Part shown: positions 48,903-59,375 of the stretch, piece by piece
Layout: each line of letters opens with the position of its first letter
Position numbering within the stretch: position 1 is the first letter of the stretch
From: an uncultured Chloroflexia bacterium
GTDB lineage: Bacteria; Chloroflexota; Limnocylindria; Limnocylindrales; CSP1-4
Assembly (NCBI GenBank): GCA_963748625.1
Contig: CAVVJT010000008.1
Coordinates: 1 to 64,000 of the forward strand
Direction: 5' to 3'
DNA: 64,000 nt
Notes under the pieces: generated by a model
Databases searched by the model: none
Told to the model about the DNA's origin: nothing
The model's input: the letters and a program-made list of their open reading frames with translations, nothing else
Program-made: the position numbers and the translations under genes

Positions 48903-49553
48903 CTACCCGTTCGCGACGAGCCGGTCCTGGGTGTACTGGTAGTGCTCCCCGACCGCATGGGCGGCCGCCTCCGCGTCGCGCGCCCCGATCGCGTCCGCGA
49001 TCCGGCGGTGCAGGTCGACCGGGGGCGTCCAGGCGAGCGTGGCATGCGTTGCGAGGGCCGTCCGCATCAGCAGGACCGTCTGCGATGCGAGCCCGTCGAA
49101 CAGGTCCACCAGGCGCCGGTTGTCCGACATGCTGCAGTAGCTGCGATGGAACAGCATGTCCGCGTCCCACGCCGCGGGCAGGTCGTCGCGCCCATAGGCC
49201 GCCTCGGTCTCGGCGAGGCGCACATACATCTCGGCGATCTCGTCGTCTGTGGCCCGTGCGACGGCCGCACGAACCGCCGCCTCCTCGATGGCCCGACGGA
49301 GCACGTAGACCTCGGCAAGGTCCTTCTCCGAGAGCGAGGCGACGAAGGTTCCGCGCCGCGGGAGATCCTCTACGAGCCCTTCTCGAGCGAGCTCCGTGAG
49401 CGCGTCCCGGATGGGGCCGCGCGAGACGCCGAAGCGCTCGGCGAGATCGGTCTCCACGAGACGTGATCCGGCGGCGTAGCGGCCGTCGAGAATCTGCTCG
49501 CGGATCTCGTCGGCGATCGACTCCCACAGCTGCTTGTGCGTGAACGCTGCCAT
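48903..49553 (-). CDS. GntR/FCD transcriptional regulator
   Basis: LVETDLAERFGVSRGPIRDAL, FCD domain. Confidence 0.92.
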   Translation of the reverse strand: MAAFTHKQLWESIADEIREQILDGRYAAGSRLVETDLAERFGVSRGPIRDALTELAREGLVEDLPRRGTFVASLSEKDLAEVYVLRRAIEEAAVRAAVARATDDEIAEMYVRLAETEAAYGRDDLPAAWDADMLFHRSYCSMSDNRRLVDLFDGLASQTVLLMRTALATHATLAWTPPVDLHRRIADAIGARDAEAAAHAVGEHYQYTQDRLVANG

Positions 49554-49611
49554 GCGCCCCACGATCCCCCCATGTTGCAATTAAGTGCCGACAGGGACTC
49601 GGCTGGCGGTC

Positions 49612-49650
49612 AGATTGCGTGTTGACATGACGATTGTCAACAGTTAGCCT
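49612..49650. promoter_or_regulatory. divergent promoters with palindromic operator TGTTGACA-N7-TGTCAACA
   Basis: TTGACA 49622 + N17 + TAGCCT; on - strand TTGACA 49640 + N17 + CAATCT. Confidence 0.75.
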
Positions 49651-49840
49651 CCCGCGGTCAGCCCCACGTGCGACGTTGCGCCCCCGCCACGGCGGGCTTG
49701 ATGTGACCAATGGACCTGTATTTCGACACTCCGGCCGTGTGGCCGATAGGACCCGGGGCGGGTAGGGTTCGGCGCCTACCCGCAACGCCACCAGTCGTCG
49801 CCGACACGTACCCGCACCCGCGATAGGAGCAGAAGCTCGA

Positions 49841-52348
49841 ATGGCTGACTTCCCGACCAGCGCCAAGGTCGTGATCATCGGCGCCGGCATCGTCGGCAAC
49901 AGCATCGCCTACCACCTCGCGCGCCTCGGCTGGAAGGACATCGTCCTGGTGGACAAGGGCCCGCTCCCCAACCCGGGCGGCTCCACCGGCCACGCATCGA
50001 ACTTCCTGTACCTCGCCGACCACAACAAGGAGATGGCGGAGCTGACGCTCGAGAGCGCCCGCCAGTACAAGGACTGGGGCGTCTACACGACGTGCGGCGG
50101 CCTTGAGGTTGCGCGCACGCAGACCCGCCTCGAGGAGATCCGCCGCAAGGTGGACTCGGCCAAGAACTGGGGCATCGACGCGTACCTCGTGAGCCCGGCC
50201 GAGATCAAGAAGCTCGTCCCGTTCATCAACGAGGAGATCCTGGTCGGCGGGTTCTACACGCCCGAGACCGGCGTCTGCGACTCGCTCCAGTTCGGCACCC
50301 TCTGCCGTGAGAAGGCCGAGGAGATGGGTGCGCTCACGAGCTTCGCGAACACCGAAGTCACCGCGATGGGCGTGGTGGACGGCCAGATCCGGAGCGTGAC
50401 CACGACGCGCGGCACCATCGAGGCCGAGTACGTGATCATCGCGGTGGGCGTCTGGGCTCCGCTCCTGGCCGAGATGGCCGGCGCGTACATCCCCCTCATC
50501 CCCGTGGTCCACCAGATGGCCGACTACGGCCCCGTGCCGCTCTTCGAGCAGTCCACCAAGGCGATCGAGTACCCGATCGTGCGCGACATGGACGTGCTCA
50601 TGTACGAGCGCCAGGACGGCATCGGCTTCGAGGTGGGCTCCTACGCCCACCGCTCCATCCTCCACGACCCGGAGACGATTCCGTCGAACGAGCAGGCGGC
50701 GCTCTCCCCGACCGAGTTCCCGTTCACCCAGGATGACTTCGACCCGCAGCTCGAGGATGCCCTCGAGCTGTTCCCCGAGATCCTGGGCGACGAGAAGGTC
50801 GGCCAGAAGTACGCCATCAACGGCCTGATCTCCCTCACGCCCGACGGCATGCCGATCCTGGGCGAGACCCCCGAGGTCAAGAACCTCTGGTCCGCCTGCG
50901 CGGTCTGGGTCAAGGAAGGCCCGGCGGTCGGCAAGGCCATCGCCGAGTGGATGACCCACGGCCAGCCGGAGATCGACTGCAACCAGAGCGACATCAGCCG
51001 CTTCCACGCCCACCAGAAGACGCGCCAGCACACCAAGGCGCGCTCCTTCGAGGCGTTCCCGAAGACCTACGGCATCGTCCACCCGGCCGAGCAGTACCAG
51101 TCCGACCGCGGCATCCGCAAGACCCCGATGTACGAGTGGCAGAAGGCCCACGACGCGGAGTTCTTCGAGGTCGTCGGCTGGGAGCGGGCCCAGTGGTACA
51201 AGTGCAACGCGCCCCTCGTTGAGAAGTACGGCGTCCTGGACCGCCCCAACGAGTGGGACGCCCGCTGGTGGAGCCCGATCATCAACGCCGAGCACCTCGC
51301 CATGCGCGAGTCGGCCGGCATCTTCGACCTCTCCGCCTTCGCCATCTTCGACATCCAGGGCCCGGGTGCCCTGGACTCGGTCCAGAAGGTCTGCGTCCGC
51401 CAGATGGACGTCGCGGTCGGCCGCGTGGTCTACACCCCGGTCCTCTCCGTCACGGGCGGCTTCAAGTCCGACCTCACCGTGATGCGCCTCGCCAGGAACC
51501 ACTTCCGCGTGGTCACCGGCGGCGCCCACGGCATGGCCGACCTGAAGTGGTTCGGGGACAACCTGGCCGAGAACGCCACGATCATCGACCTGACCACCGC
51601 CTACACGACGATCGGCCTGTGGGGTCCCAACGCCCGCAAGATCGCGCAGAAGCTGACCCGCGCCGACCTGTCCAAGGAGGCGTTCAAGTTCAGCACCTGC
51701 AAGACCATCGAGATGGGCAGCCAGCTCGTCCTGGCGTCGCGCATCAGCTACGTCGGCGACCTGGGCTGGGAGCTCTACGTCCCGATGGAGCAGGGCCAAC
51801 GCCTGTGGGACGAGATCTGGGAGGCCGGACAGGAGTTCGGCATCACCCCTTGCGGCATGGGTGTCTACGGCACCACCGGCCGCCTCGAGAAGGGCTACCG
51901 CGCGTACGGCGCCGAGCTCGACAACGACTACGACATGTTCGAAGCGGACATGACGACGCCCAGGCTCAAGGTCCAGGACTTCATCGGCCGCGCGGCCGTC
52001 GAGGCGGCCATGGGCAAGGAGCGCGCGGCAGTCTGCTGCACGCTGACCGTCGACGACCACACCAGCCCGCGGACGGGCGAGCGCCGGGTCATGCTCGGCC
52101 GCCAGCCGATCGTCCTCGAGGACGGCTCACCGATCGTGGACAGCAAGGGACGCCGGTCCTACGCCAACTCCGCCGGTGCCGGCCCCTCGCTGGGCAAGCA
52201 CCTGCTCATGGCGTACCTGCCGCCGGCCCAGGCCGTCGAGGGCACGAAGCTCTTCGTCCAGTACTTCGGCGACCTCTACCCGGTCACGGTGGCGCGCGTG
52301 GGTTCCGTCCCGCTGTTCGACCCCGAGAACGATCGCATCCGGGCCTGA
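49841..52348 (+). CDS. GcvT-family dimethylglycine/sarcosine dehydrogenase
   Basis: GAGIVG FAD motif, GSTGHA, TPDG, THF-binding GCV_T domain, GRLEKGY. Confidence 0.9.
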   Translation: MADFPTSAKVVIIGAGIVGNSIAYHLARLGWKDIVLVDKGPLPNPGGSTGHASNFLYLADHNKEMAELTLESARQYKDWGVYTTCGGLEVARTQTRLEEIRRKVDSAKNWGIDAYLVSPAEIKKLVPFINEEILVGGFYTPETGVCDSLQFGTLCREKAEEMGALTSFANTEVTAMGVVDGQIRSVTTTRGTIEAEYVIIAVGVWAPLLAEMAGAYIPLIPVVHQMADYGPVPLFEQSTKAIEYPIVRDMDVLMYERQDGIGFEVGSYAHRSILHDPETIPSNEQAALSPTEFPFTQDDFDPQLEDALELFPEILGDEKVGQKYAINGLISLTPDGMPILGETPEVKNLWSACAVWVKEGPAVGKAIAEWMTHGQPEIDCNQSDISRFHAHQKTRQHTKARSFEAFPKTYGIVHPAEQYQSDRGIRKTPMYEWQKAHDAEFFEVVGWERAQWYKCNAPLVEKYGVLDRPNEWDARWWSPIINAEHLAMRESAGIFDLSAFAIFDIQGPGALDSVQKVCVRQMDVAVGRVVYTPVLSVTGGFKSDLTVMRLARNHFRVVTGGAHGMADLKWFGDNLAENATIIDLTTAYTTIGLWGPNARKIAQKLTRADLSKEAFKFSTCKTIEMGSQLVLASRISYVGDLGWELYVPMEQGQRLWDEIWEAGQEFGITPCGMGVYGTTGRLEKGYRAYGAELDNDYDMFEADMTTPRLKVQDFIGRAAVEAAMGKERAAVCCTLTVDDHTSPRTGERRVMLGRQPIVLEDGSPIVDSKGRRSYANSAGAGPSLGKHLLMAYLPPAQAVEGTKLFVQYFGDLYPVTVARVGSVPLFDPENDRIRA

Positions 52349-52352
52349 TCGG

Positions 52353-53117
52353 ATGAAGGTTCTCGTCTGCATCAAGCGCGTCCCGGCCGTCGCCGGACGC
52401 ATCACGCTGACCGACGATGAGCGTGCGATCGACGTCAAGTACCTGGGCTACGCCATCGGCCCGCACGAGGAGTGCGCGGTCGAGGAGGCGGTGCGCCTGG
52501 TCGAGGCGAATGGCGGGGAGTCGGTGGTCTTCACCCTCGGCCCCGCCGAGGCCCTCGAGCAGCTCCGCGACGCCATGGCGATCGGGATCGGCCGGGCCAT
52601 CCACGTCGTCACCGACGGCGAGGAGTGGGACCCGCAGGCCACCGCCGGCGCGATCGTGGATGCGATACGCGCCGACGAGGCCGCGAGCGGCCCGTTCGAC
52701 CTCGTGCTCATGGGCAACGAGGCTGGCGACACCGGTGACTACCAGGTCGCGGTGCGTGTCGGCTACGCGCTGGGCCGGCCGGTCGTGACCGGCATCAAGG
52801 CCCTTGCGGCCAACGGTGGCAGCGTCCGCCTGGAGCAGGAGTCGGCGGGTGCGCGCGACGTCTACGAGGTGCCGATGCCGGCGGTCGTGGGTGTCCTCGA
52901 AGGCCTGAACCTGCCGCGGTACCCCTCGGTGCCCGGCCGGATCCGCGCCAAGAGCAAGCCGGTCGCCGGCTCCGAGCCCGCACGGCCCGGCGCGCGCCTG
53001 GAGATGGTCAAGCTCGTGGTCCCGCCGCAGACGTCCTCGCAGGCCGAGGTCCTGGGCAGCGGTCCCGAGGCCGCCCCCGCCGTCGTCGAGCTGTTGGCCA
53101 GCCTGGGGGTGCTCTAG
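52353..53117 (+). CDS. etfB: electron transfer flavoprotein beta subunit
   Basis: VCIKRVP, EEAVRL, NLPRYPS. Confidence 0.88.
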   Translation: MKVLVCIKRVPAVAGRITLTDDERAIDVKYLGYAIGPHEECAVEEAVRLVEANGGESVVFTLGPAEALEQLRDAMAIGIGRAIHVVTDGEEWDPQATAGAIVDAIRADEAASGPFDLVLMGNEAGDTGDYQVAVRVGYALGRPVVTGIKALAANGGSVRLEQESAGARDVYEVPMPAVVGVLEGLNLPRYPSVPGRIRAKSKPVAGSEPARPGARLEMVKLVVPPQTSSQAEVLGSGPEAAPAVVELLASLGVL

Positions 53118-54080
53118 ATGGCCGCCGTCCTCGTCTACGTCTCCACCACCGACGGCGCGCCCGACGAGGTCGCGCTGCAGGCCCTGGCCCTCGGCGCGCA
53201 GGTCGCCGCCGGCGGCCCTGTCAACGCGGTGGTCATCGGTGATGCCGCCGCAGCGGCGACGCTGGGCGCCTGGGGCGCAACCGCCGTCCACGTCGCAGAG
53301 CAGGCGGGTCTTGCCGTCATGGCGCCCGACGCTCGAGCCCGCGTCATCGCGGACCTCGCCGACCAGCTCGGCGTGGACGCGATCGTGGGTCCCGGCACCG
53401 AGGCCGGCAACACGATCCTGGCCCGTGTGGCCGCCCGCTCTGACCGGCCCTTCGCGGCCAACTGCAGCGCGGCGACGCCGGGCACGCCGCTCGCCGTCCG
53501 GCGCATCCGCTGGGGCGGCTCCCTCTCGGAGGACGCCGTGATCCACGGTGACCGCCCGATCCTGACGTCCGCCCCGCACACGCTGGCGGCCGTCGAAACC
53601 GGCGGCTCCGCTGCCGTGACGACATTTGCACCGGCCCTCGACGATGCGGACCTCGTGGTCCGGGTCGTCGACCGCACGGCGCCAGCCGCGTCCGGTGTCT
53701 CGCTTGCCGAGGCGAAGATCGTGGTGTCGGGTGGCCGTGGCGTCGGCTCCGAGGCGGGCTTCGGCCCGGTCGACGAGCTGGCAGGCCTCCTGGGCGCCGC
53801 CGTCGGCTGCTCCCGTGCCGTGACGATCGCCGGCTGGCGGTCCCACACGGCCCAGGTGGGCCAGACGGGCACCAAGATCGCGCCCGATCTCTACATCGCC
53901 GCCGGCATCAGCGGGGCAACCCAGCACATGGCCGGCTGCAAGGCATCCAAGAAGATCATCGCCATCAACAAGGACCCCGAGGCACCGATCATGGGTGACG
54001 CGGACTACGCCGTCATCGGTGACCTCCATGCCGTGCTCCCGGCCATCTCGGCCGAGATCCGGCGGGTACGCGGGTCCTAG
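53118..54080 (+). CDS. etfA: electron transfer flavoprotein alpha subunit
   Basis: SGGRG, QVGQTG, GISGATQHMAG, INKD. Confidence 0.92.
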   Translation: MAAVLVYVSTTDGAPDEVALQALALGAQVAAGGPVNAVVIGDAAAAATLGAWGATAVHVAEQAGLAVMAPDARARVIADLADQLGVDAIVGPGTEAGNTILARVAARSDRPFAANCSAATPGTPLAVRRIRWGGSLSEDAVIHGDRPILTSAPHTLAAVETGGSAAVTTFAPALDDADLVVRVVDRTAPAASGVSLAEAKIVVSGGRGVGSEAGFGPVDELAGLLGAAVGCSRAVTIAGWRSHTAQVGQTGTKIAPDLYIAAGISGATQHMAGCKASKKIIAINKDPEAPIMGDADYAVIGDLHAVLPAISAEIRRVRGS

Positions 54081-54261
54081 CACTTGGCAGCCGTGCGATC
54101 CGCCGAGACCGCCAGCCCGACCGGGAGCGTCCCCCCGGCCGGCGGGTCCCGTCGCACGGCATCGTGGTGAGCACCCTCCCCATGGAGGGCCGAAGCGTAG
54201 CGAGGTACTGCCGACACCATCAGGCGCTCTGTCAAGGTTCTGTTGGAGGAGGAGAACTCAC

Positions 54262-55634
54262 GTGATTTAGACTGGGACGAAGTATCGGATCGCAGGCCTT
54301 CTGGCCGCTGCGGCGCTCGTGGTGAGCGCGTGCGGCGGCTCGGCTGCAACCACGGCCCCGGCAACCGCCGCCCCCGCCACTGAGGCGCCCGCGGCCACGG
54401 AGGCGCCCGCCGCCAGCGATGGCGCGAGCACCGATCCGGCACGGCGTGCTCCGATGTCGCGCCGACCACCATCAAGATCGGGGTCTCCGGCCCGTTCACC
54501 GGCCCCAACGCCCTCACGGGCGAGGAGATCAAGAACTCCACCGCGATGGCCTTCGAGGCCATCGGCTCCAAGATCGGGCCGTACACCATCGAGCCCGTCT
54601 ACATCGACGACCAGTCCGACCCGGCCAAGGGCGCCGCCGCCTACGAGCAGGCGGTCGTGGGCCAGAAGATCGTCGCCGGCCTGGGTGGCTGGCACAGCTC
54701 CGTCGCAGTGGCCCAGATGGAAGTCACCGCGAAGTACAAGGTCCCGCACTTCTTCGCGATGGGCGCCACCGGCGTCGTCAACGAGAAGTTCAACAGCGAC
54801 AAGGAGAAGTACGGCTACTGGACGGTCAAGGGCTGGCCGGATCCCGCGAAGCTGACCATCGGCTACGTCCAGGCCATCGAGGACGCCATCACGGCGGGCA
54901 ACTTCTCCCCGGGCGAGAAGAAGGTCGCCATCTACGGTGAGGACACCGACTGGGGCCGCTCCTTCGGCCAGGGTCTCAAGGACCAGCTCACGGCCGTCGG
55001 CTGGACCGTCGCGAGTGAGGACTACTTCCCGACGACGCAGACCGACTTCTCGGCCATCGTCTCCCGCTACAAGAACGACAACATCCCGCTGATCGCCGGC
55101 ACCACCACGATCCCGGCCTCGATCGCATCCTTCCTCAAGGCTCTCGACGACTCCGGCGTCAAGTCCCTGGTCGTCGCCGACGGCCTCGGCTGGATCGGTG
55201 ACTGGTACAAGCTCAGCGGCTCCGCGTCCAACTACGTCGTGGACCAGATCCCGCAGTTCGCTTCCGACGCCGCGAAGAAGTTCGCCGCCGACTACGAGGC
55301 CAAGTACGGCAGCAAGCCGAGCCCGTCCGCGTCCGGCCTTTCCTACGACTTCGCCAACTACTTCATCAAGGTCGCTCAGCAGGCGCTGGCCGACTCCTGC
55401 GAGATCTCCAGCGCGTCCCTCTACAAGGTGGCCACGGAGCAGCTCTGGACCGGCAAGCTGACGTACACCGACGGCATCATCATGTCGAACTACGATTACT
55501 CGGAGGAGACCATCCCCGATCCGATCGTGGGCAAGGGCCACTACATCTTCCCGGCTCTCCAGTACATGGATGGCAACGCCACCGTGGTCTGGCCGGAGGA
55601 AGTCGCGACCGGCGGCATCCAGCAGAAGCCCTGA
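54262..55634 (+). CDS. LIV-type ABC substrate-binding lipoprotein (TAG at codon 3 and frameshift near 54440)
   Basis: Strong RBS, VSAC lipobox, IKIGVSGPFTG, DDQSDP. Confidence 0.8.
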
Positions 55635-55712
55635 CCTTCAACCCCAATCCCCTGACACGGGAGCCCTGGGGGCCGGCGCAGCCGGCCCCCAGGCAATCTG
55701 GCGAAGAGGCGT

Positions 55713-56441
55713 ATGGCGCTCCTTGAGCTCAACGAGGTCACCAAGCGGTTCGGTGGCCTGACCGCCGTCAACAACGTCACCTTCTCCGTCGAGGAGGGTG
55801 AGATCTTCGGCCTGATCGGTCCCAACGGGGCCGGCAAGTCGACGCTGCTCAACTGTCTCGCGGGGGCCACCAAGCCCAACGGCGGCACCGTCCGCCTCGA
55901 CGGCCAAGACACCACGGGCCTCACGGCCGACAAGATGTGCCGGCTTGGCGTGGGCCGGACCTTCCAGATCCCGCGGCCGTTCCCGGACCTCACCGTCCGC
56001 GAGAACGTCGTGGTCTCCGCGACGTTCGGCGACCCCCACATCCGCAACCACGATGTGAACGCCCGGGCCGCGGAGATGCTCGAGTACGTCGACTTCACCC
56101 GGCCGCTTGCCACGATCGCGTCGCACCTGAGCGCACTCGAGCTCAAGCGTCTCGACCTGGCCCGCGCGCTGGCCAGCAAGCCCAAGCTGCTGTTCCTCGA
56201 CGAGTTCGCCGCAGGCCTGACGCCGAGTGAGCTCGTGAACATCGCCGCCCTGCTCCGCCGCATCCGCGACGACGGCACGACGATCGTCATGGTCGAGCAC
56301 GTGATGCGGCTGATCCTCGACCTCTGCGGGCGCCTTGCGGTGCTCCAGTACGGCGAGCTCATCGCCTACGGCGAGGCGACCTCGGTCGCCCAGGACGAGC
56401 GGGTGCGCGAGGCCTACCTCGGCACTCATTACATGCTCTGA
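55713..56441 (+). CDS. ABC ATP-binding protein, LivG-like
   Basis: FGGLTAV, GPNGAGKS, LDEFAAG. Confidence 0.9.
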   Translation: MALLELNEVTKRFGGLTAVNNVTFSVEEGEIFGLIGPNGAGKSTLLNCLAGATKPNGGTVRLDGQDTTGLTADKMCRLGVGRTFQIPRPFPDLTVRENVVVSATFGDPHIRNHDVNARAAEMLEYVDFTRPLATIASHLSALELKRLDLARALASKPKLLFLDEFAAGLTPSELVNIAALLRRIRDDGTTIVMVEHVMRLILDLCGRLAVLQYGELIAYGEATSVAQDERVREAYLGTHYML

Positions 56442-56495
56442 GGGGTATCGGACCGCAATCCCGCCGCGGCGGATCGCAGACATCCGGAGGAAAGG

Positions 56496-57200
56496 GTGCT
56501 CCAACTCACCGGCGTCGAAGCTGGCTACGACCTCTTGCAGGTCCTGTGGGGCGTTGACCTACATGTCGAAGAGGGCGAGTTCGTGGCCCTCCTGGGCCCG
56601 AACGGCGCGGGCAAGTCGACCACGCTCCGCACCATTGCGGGCTTCGTCAAGCCCATCTCAGGCTCCATCGACTTCCGGGGCCAGTCGCTCGTGGGCGTGC
56701 CTGCCCACAAGGTGAGCACGGTCGGCCTCGGGTACGTCTCCGAGAGCCTGAACCTGTTCCCCGCGATGTCGGTCTACGAGAACCTCCTCGTCGGCGGCTA
56801 CACGATCCGCGACAAGGCCAAGATGAAGTCCACCATCGACCTCGTGTTCGAGTTGTTCCCGCGGCTCCTCGAGCGGCGTGACCAGCTCGCGGGCACCCTC
56901 AGCGGCGGCGAACGCAAGATGCTCGCCATCGGACGCGGGCTGATGCCGACACCCTCGATGCTGCTGGTGGACGAGCCGTCCCTGGGCCTCGCGCCCATGG
57001 CCACGCTGACCGCGTTCGAGGCGCTCAAGGCGCTGAGCCAGCGGGGTGTGACGATCCTGCTTGTCGAGCAGAACGTGAACACCACGCTCCGGCTCGTCGA
57101 TCGCGCCTATGTCCTGGAGCAGGGCCGCATCGTCCTTGAGGGGACGGGCGAGGAGCTGCTCGGGAACACCCACGTCCAGGAAGCCTACCTGGGGATCTGA
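56496..57200 (+). CDS. ABC ATP-binding protein, LivF-like
   Basis: GPNGAGKST, LSGGE, DEPSLGLAP. Confidence 0.9.
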   Translation: MLQLTGVEAGYDLLQVLWGVDLHVEEGEFVALLGPNGAGKSTTLRTIAGFVKPISGSIDFRGQSLVGVPAHKVSTVGLGYVSESLNLFPAMSVYENLLVGGYTIRDKAKMKSTIDLVFELFPRLLERRDQLAGTLSGGERKMLAIGRGLMPTPSMLLVDEPSLGLAPMATLTAFEALKALSQRGVTILLVEQNVNTTLRLVDRAYVLEQGRIVLEGTGEELLGNTHVQEAYLGI

Positions 57201-57207
57201 GCGACCG

Positions 57208-58245
57208 ATGACGACCGCAACCAACCTCAAGAAGGTTCCTCTCGCGAAGCGCTTCTTCACGTTCACGTGGTTCGTGATGTTCGCCCTGGTGCTCGTGCTC
57301 CTGCTGGCGGCCGTCCTCAGGCCCTCCATCCTCGTGGACACGCTCGTCACAGGCGGCATGTGGGCCCTCATGGCCGGCGGGCTGGCGCTCGTGTTCGGCG
57401 TGATGAACATCCCGAACTTCGCCCATGGCGAGTTCTTCATGATCGGCTCGCTCGTCGCGTTCACGGTGTTCGGGCCCATCCGGGACGCGTTCCTCGAGAA
57501 CCCCGACCTGCTCGTCCTCCAGATCGTCGGGCCGCTCCCGGGCATGGTCGTGGCTGCCATCGTCGGCTTCGGCTGCGGCGTGCTGCTCGAGGTGCTGCTG
57601 TTCCGGCCCCTGCGCAAGCGCAGCCGTGAGCAGTGGGTGATGAACACCTTCCTGTTGACGGCCGGCGTGTCGGTGATCCTCATCAACGGCGACCGCCTGA
57701 TCTTCGGCAACGAGTTCCGCGGCATCAGCCGCTACTGGGACGTCAAGCCGATCGAGATCCTCGGCGAGCCGGTCTCGGTGGACCGGGCGATGGTGTTCGT
57801 GATCGCCATGGTGATGATCGCGATCTTCGCCCTGTTCCTCCAGAAGACCCGGACCGGCCGCGCGATGCGGGCGGTCTCGCAGGACGAGACGGGTGCCCAG
57901 ATGGCCGGCATCGCCCTCAACCGGATCTTCGTCCTGACGATGGGCCTGAGCACCTCGCTTGCGGCGCTGGCGGGGGCGGCCCTGCTGTTCATGTTCCCGT
58001 CCTTCCCGGACGTGGGCATCCAGCCGTTGTACCTGGCCTGGTACGTGGTGATCCTCGCGGGGCTCGGCAACGTGCAAGGCGCGATCATCGGCTCCTTCAT
58101 CGTCGCCCTGCTCCAGACCCTGGCCGTGACGTTCGTCGGCCTCGGCTGGGTGGACGTGCTGCCGACCGTGTTCATCATCTTCATCCTGCTGTTCAAGCCT
58201 TCGGGGCTCTTCGGCAGCGAAGTGAAAGGCGTTTGGGAGCAGTAG
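57208..58245 (+). CDS. ABC permease, LivH-like
   Basis: FGVMNIPNFAHGEF, GRAMRAV. Confidence 0.9.
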   Translation: MTTATNLKKVPLAKRFFTFTWFVMFALVLVLLLAAVLRPSILVDTLVTGGMWALMAGGLALVFGVMNIPNFAHGEFFMIGSLVAFTVFGPIRDAFLENPDLLVLQIVGPLPGMVVAAIVGFGCGVLLEVLLFRPLRKRSREQWVMNTFLLTAGVSVILINGDRLIFGNEFRGISRYWDVKPIEILGEPVSVDRAMVFVIAMVMIAIFALFLQKTRTGRAMRAVSQDETGAQMAGIALNRIFVLTMGLSTSLAALAGAALLFMFPSFPDVGIQPLYLAWYVVILAGLGNVQGAIIGSFIVALLQTLAVTFVGLGWVDVLPTVFIIFILLFKPSGLFGSEVKGVWEQ

Positions 58246-59297
58246 TGGTCACCTTCGACTCCGCCTCCCCGGCGGTCATCAGCCAGGTCCGTGCCCGGAC
58301 GCGCCGCTACACGCAGGTCGCGTCGATCCTGCTGCTGCTCTTCGCGGTGGTCCTCCCGTTCATTCCGCCGTTCAACGGCCAGGACTACCAGCGGTGGCTG
58401 GTTGGCGCGGCGTTCATGGCGGCGATGGCCGTCGCCTTCGACTTCACGGCCGGCTACATCAACATCGTCAACTTCGGCTTCGCCGCGTTCGTGGGCGTCG
58501 GCGCCTACATGTCGGGCCTGATCGCGGCCAACCTCGGCATCCCGCGCCGATCGGCATGGTCATCGGCGGCGTCGCGTCGGGCTTCGTCGGCCTGCTCACC
58601 GGCATGCTCAGTGCTCCGCCTGCGCGGTATCTACGCGGCCGTGATGACCTGGTTCGTGGGCCTTGCGCTGATGGGCCTTGCCCGCAACCTGACCGACATC
58701 ACGCGCGGCTCGCTCGGCCTCAACGTGCCGCTGCTGCTCGATACGCTCGGACAACCTGCCGTACTACTACGTCGATCGCTCGGCCTGCTGCTCATCACGA
58801 TCCTGGTCCTCACCGCGGTCATCCGCTCCAAGTACGGTCTCGCGTTCCGCGCGATCGGCCAGAATCTGCAGGCCGCCAAGGCGTCGGGCATCAACCCCAC
58901 CAGGTTCCTCGTCATCAACTTCACGCTGTCGTGCTTCTTCGCCGGGATCCTGGGCGGGTTCTACGCCCACTACTACGGCATCCTGACCCCCGACATCATG
59001 CTCACCTCGCACACGGTCGAGGTCCTAGCGGTCGCATACATCGGCGGGCGCGGGAGCCTATGGGGACCCGCGATCATCGCGTTCCCCCTCACGATCGCCG
59101 TGGAGCTGATGCGCACCAACCTGTCGAACCTGCCGGGGCTGCACCTGGTGATCTACGGGGTGCTGCTCGTCGTGGTCATGATCTTCTGGCCGGGCGGCGT
59201 CGCGGGCGTGATCCGCAAGGCCGGGGCCCGGATGCAGGAGCGCTGGCTGACCAAGGCATCGACTGCCGAATCCGCCGGGGCCGCCAAGCCCGCCTGA
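58245..59297 (+). CDS. ABC permease, LivM-like (compensating frameshifts)
   Basis: LRLRGIY, GLAFRAIGQN, IGGRGSLWGP; hydrophobic segment displaced to another frame near 58545-58610. Confidence 0.85.
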   Translation: MVTFDSASPAVISQVRARTRRYTQVASILLLLFAVVLPFIPPFNGQDYQRWLVGAAFMAAMAVAFDFTAGYINIVNFGFAAFVGVGAYMSGLIAANLGIPRRSAWSSAASRRASSACSPACSVLRLRGIYAAVMTWFVGLALMGLARNLTDITRGSLGLNVPLLLDTLGQPAVLLRRSLGLLLITILVLTAVIRSKYGLAFRAIGQNLQAAKASGINPTRFLVINFTLSCFFAGILGGFYAHYYGILTPDIMLTSHTVEVLAVAYIGGRGSLWGPAIIAFPLTIAVELMRTNLSNLPGLHLVIYGVLLVVVMIFWPGGVAGVIRKAGARMQERWLTKASTAESAGAAKPA

Positions 59298-59375
59298 TCT
59301 CGCTCAAGGACGACGGCCGTCGGCGACCTCAGGGTTCCGGCGGCCGTTCCTCATGTCCGGGCCGCGCGGGCCGTC

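Noticed and set aside
49658-52060. 800-aa antisense ORF and other long shadow ORFs
   Set aside because: These are mirror frames of high-GC3 genes with no recognisable motifs.
54268-54270. In-frame TAG in the binding-protein gene as pyrrolysine recoding
   Set aside because: It falls at codon 3 of a signal peptide, the same gene has an indel, the MttB homolog has no TAG, and no pyl genes are seen. A sequencing error is more likely.
58545-58780. LivM frameshifts as phase variation
   Set aside because: The indels compensate each other and there is no simple repeat tract; probably errors.
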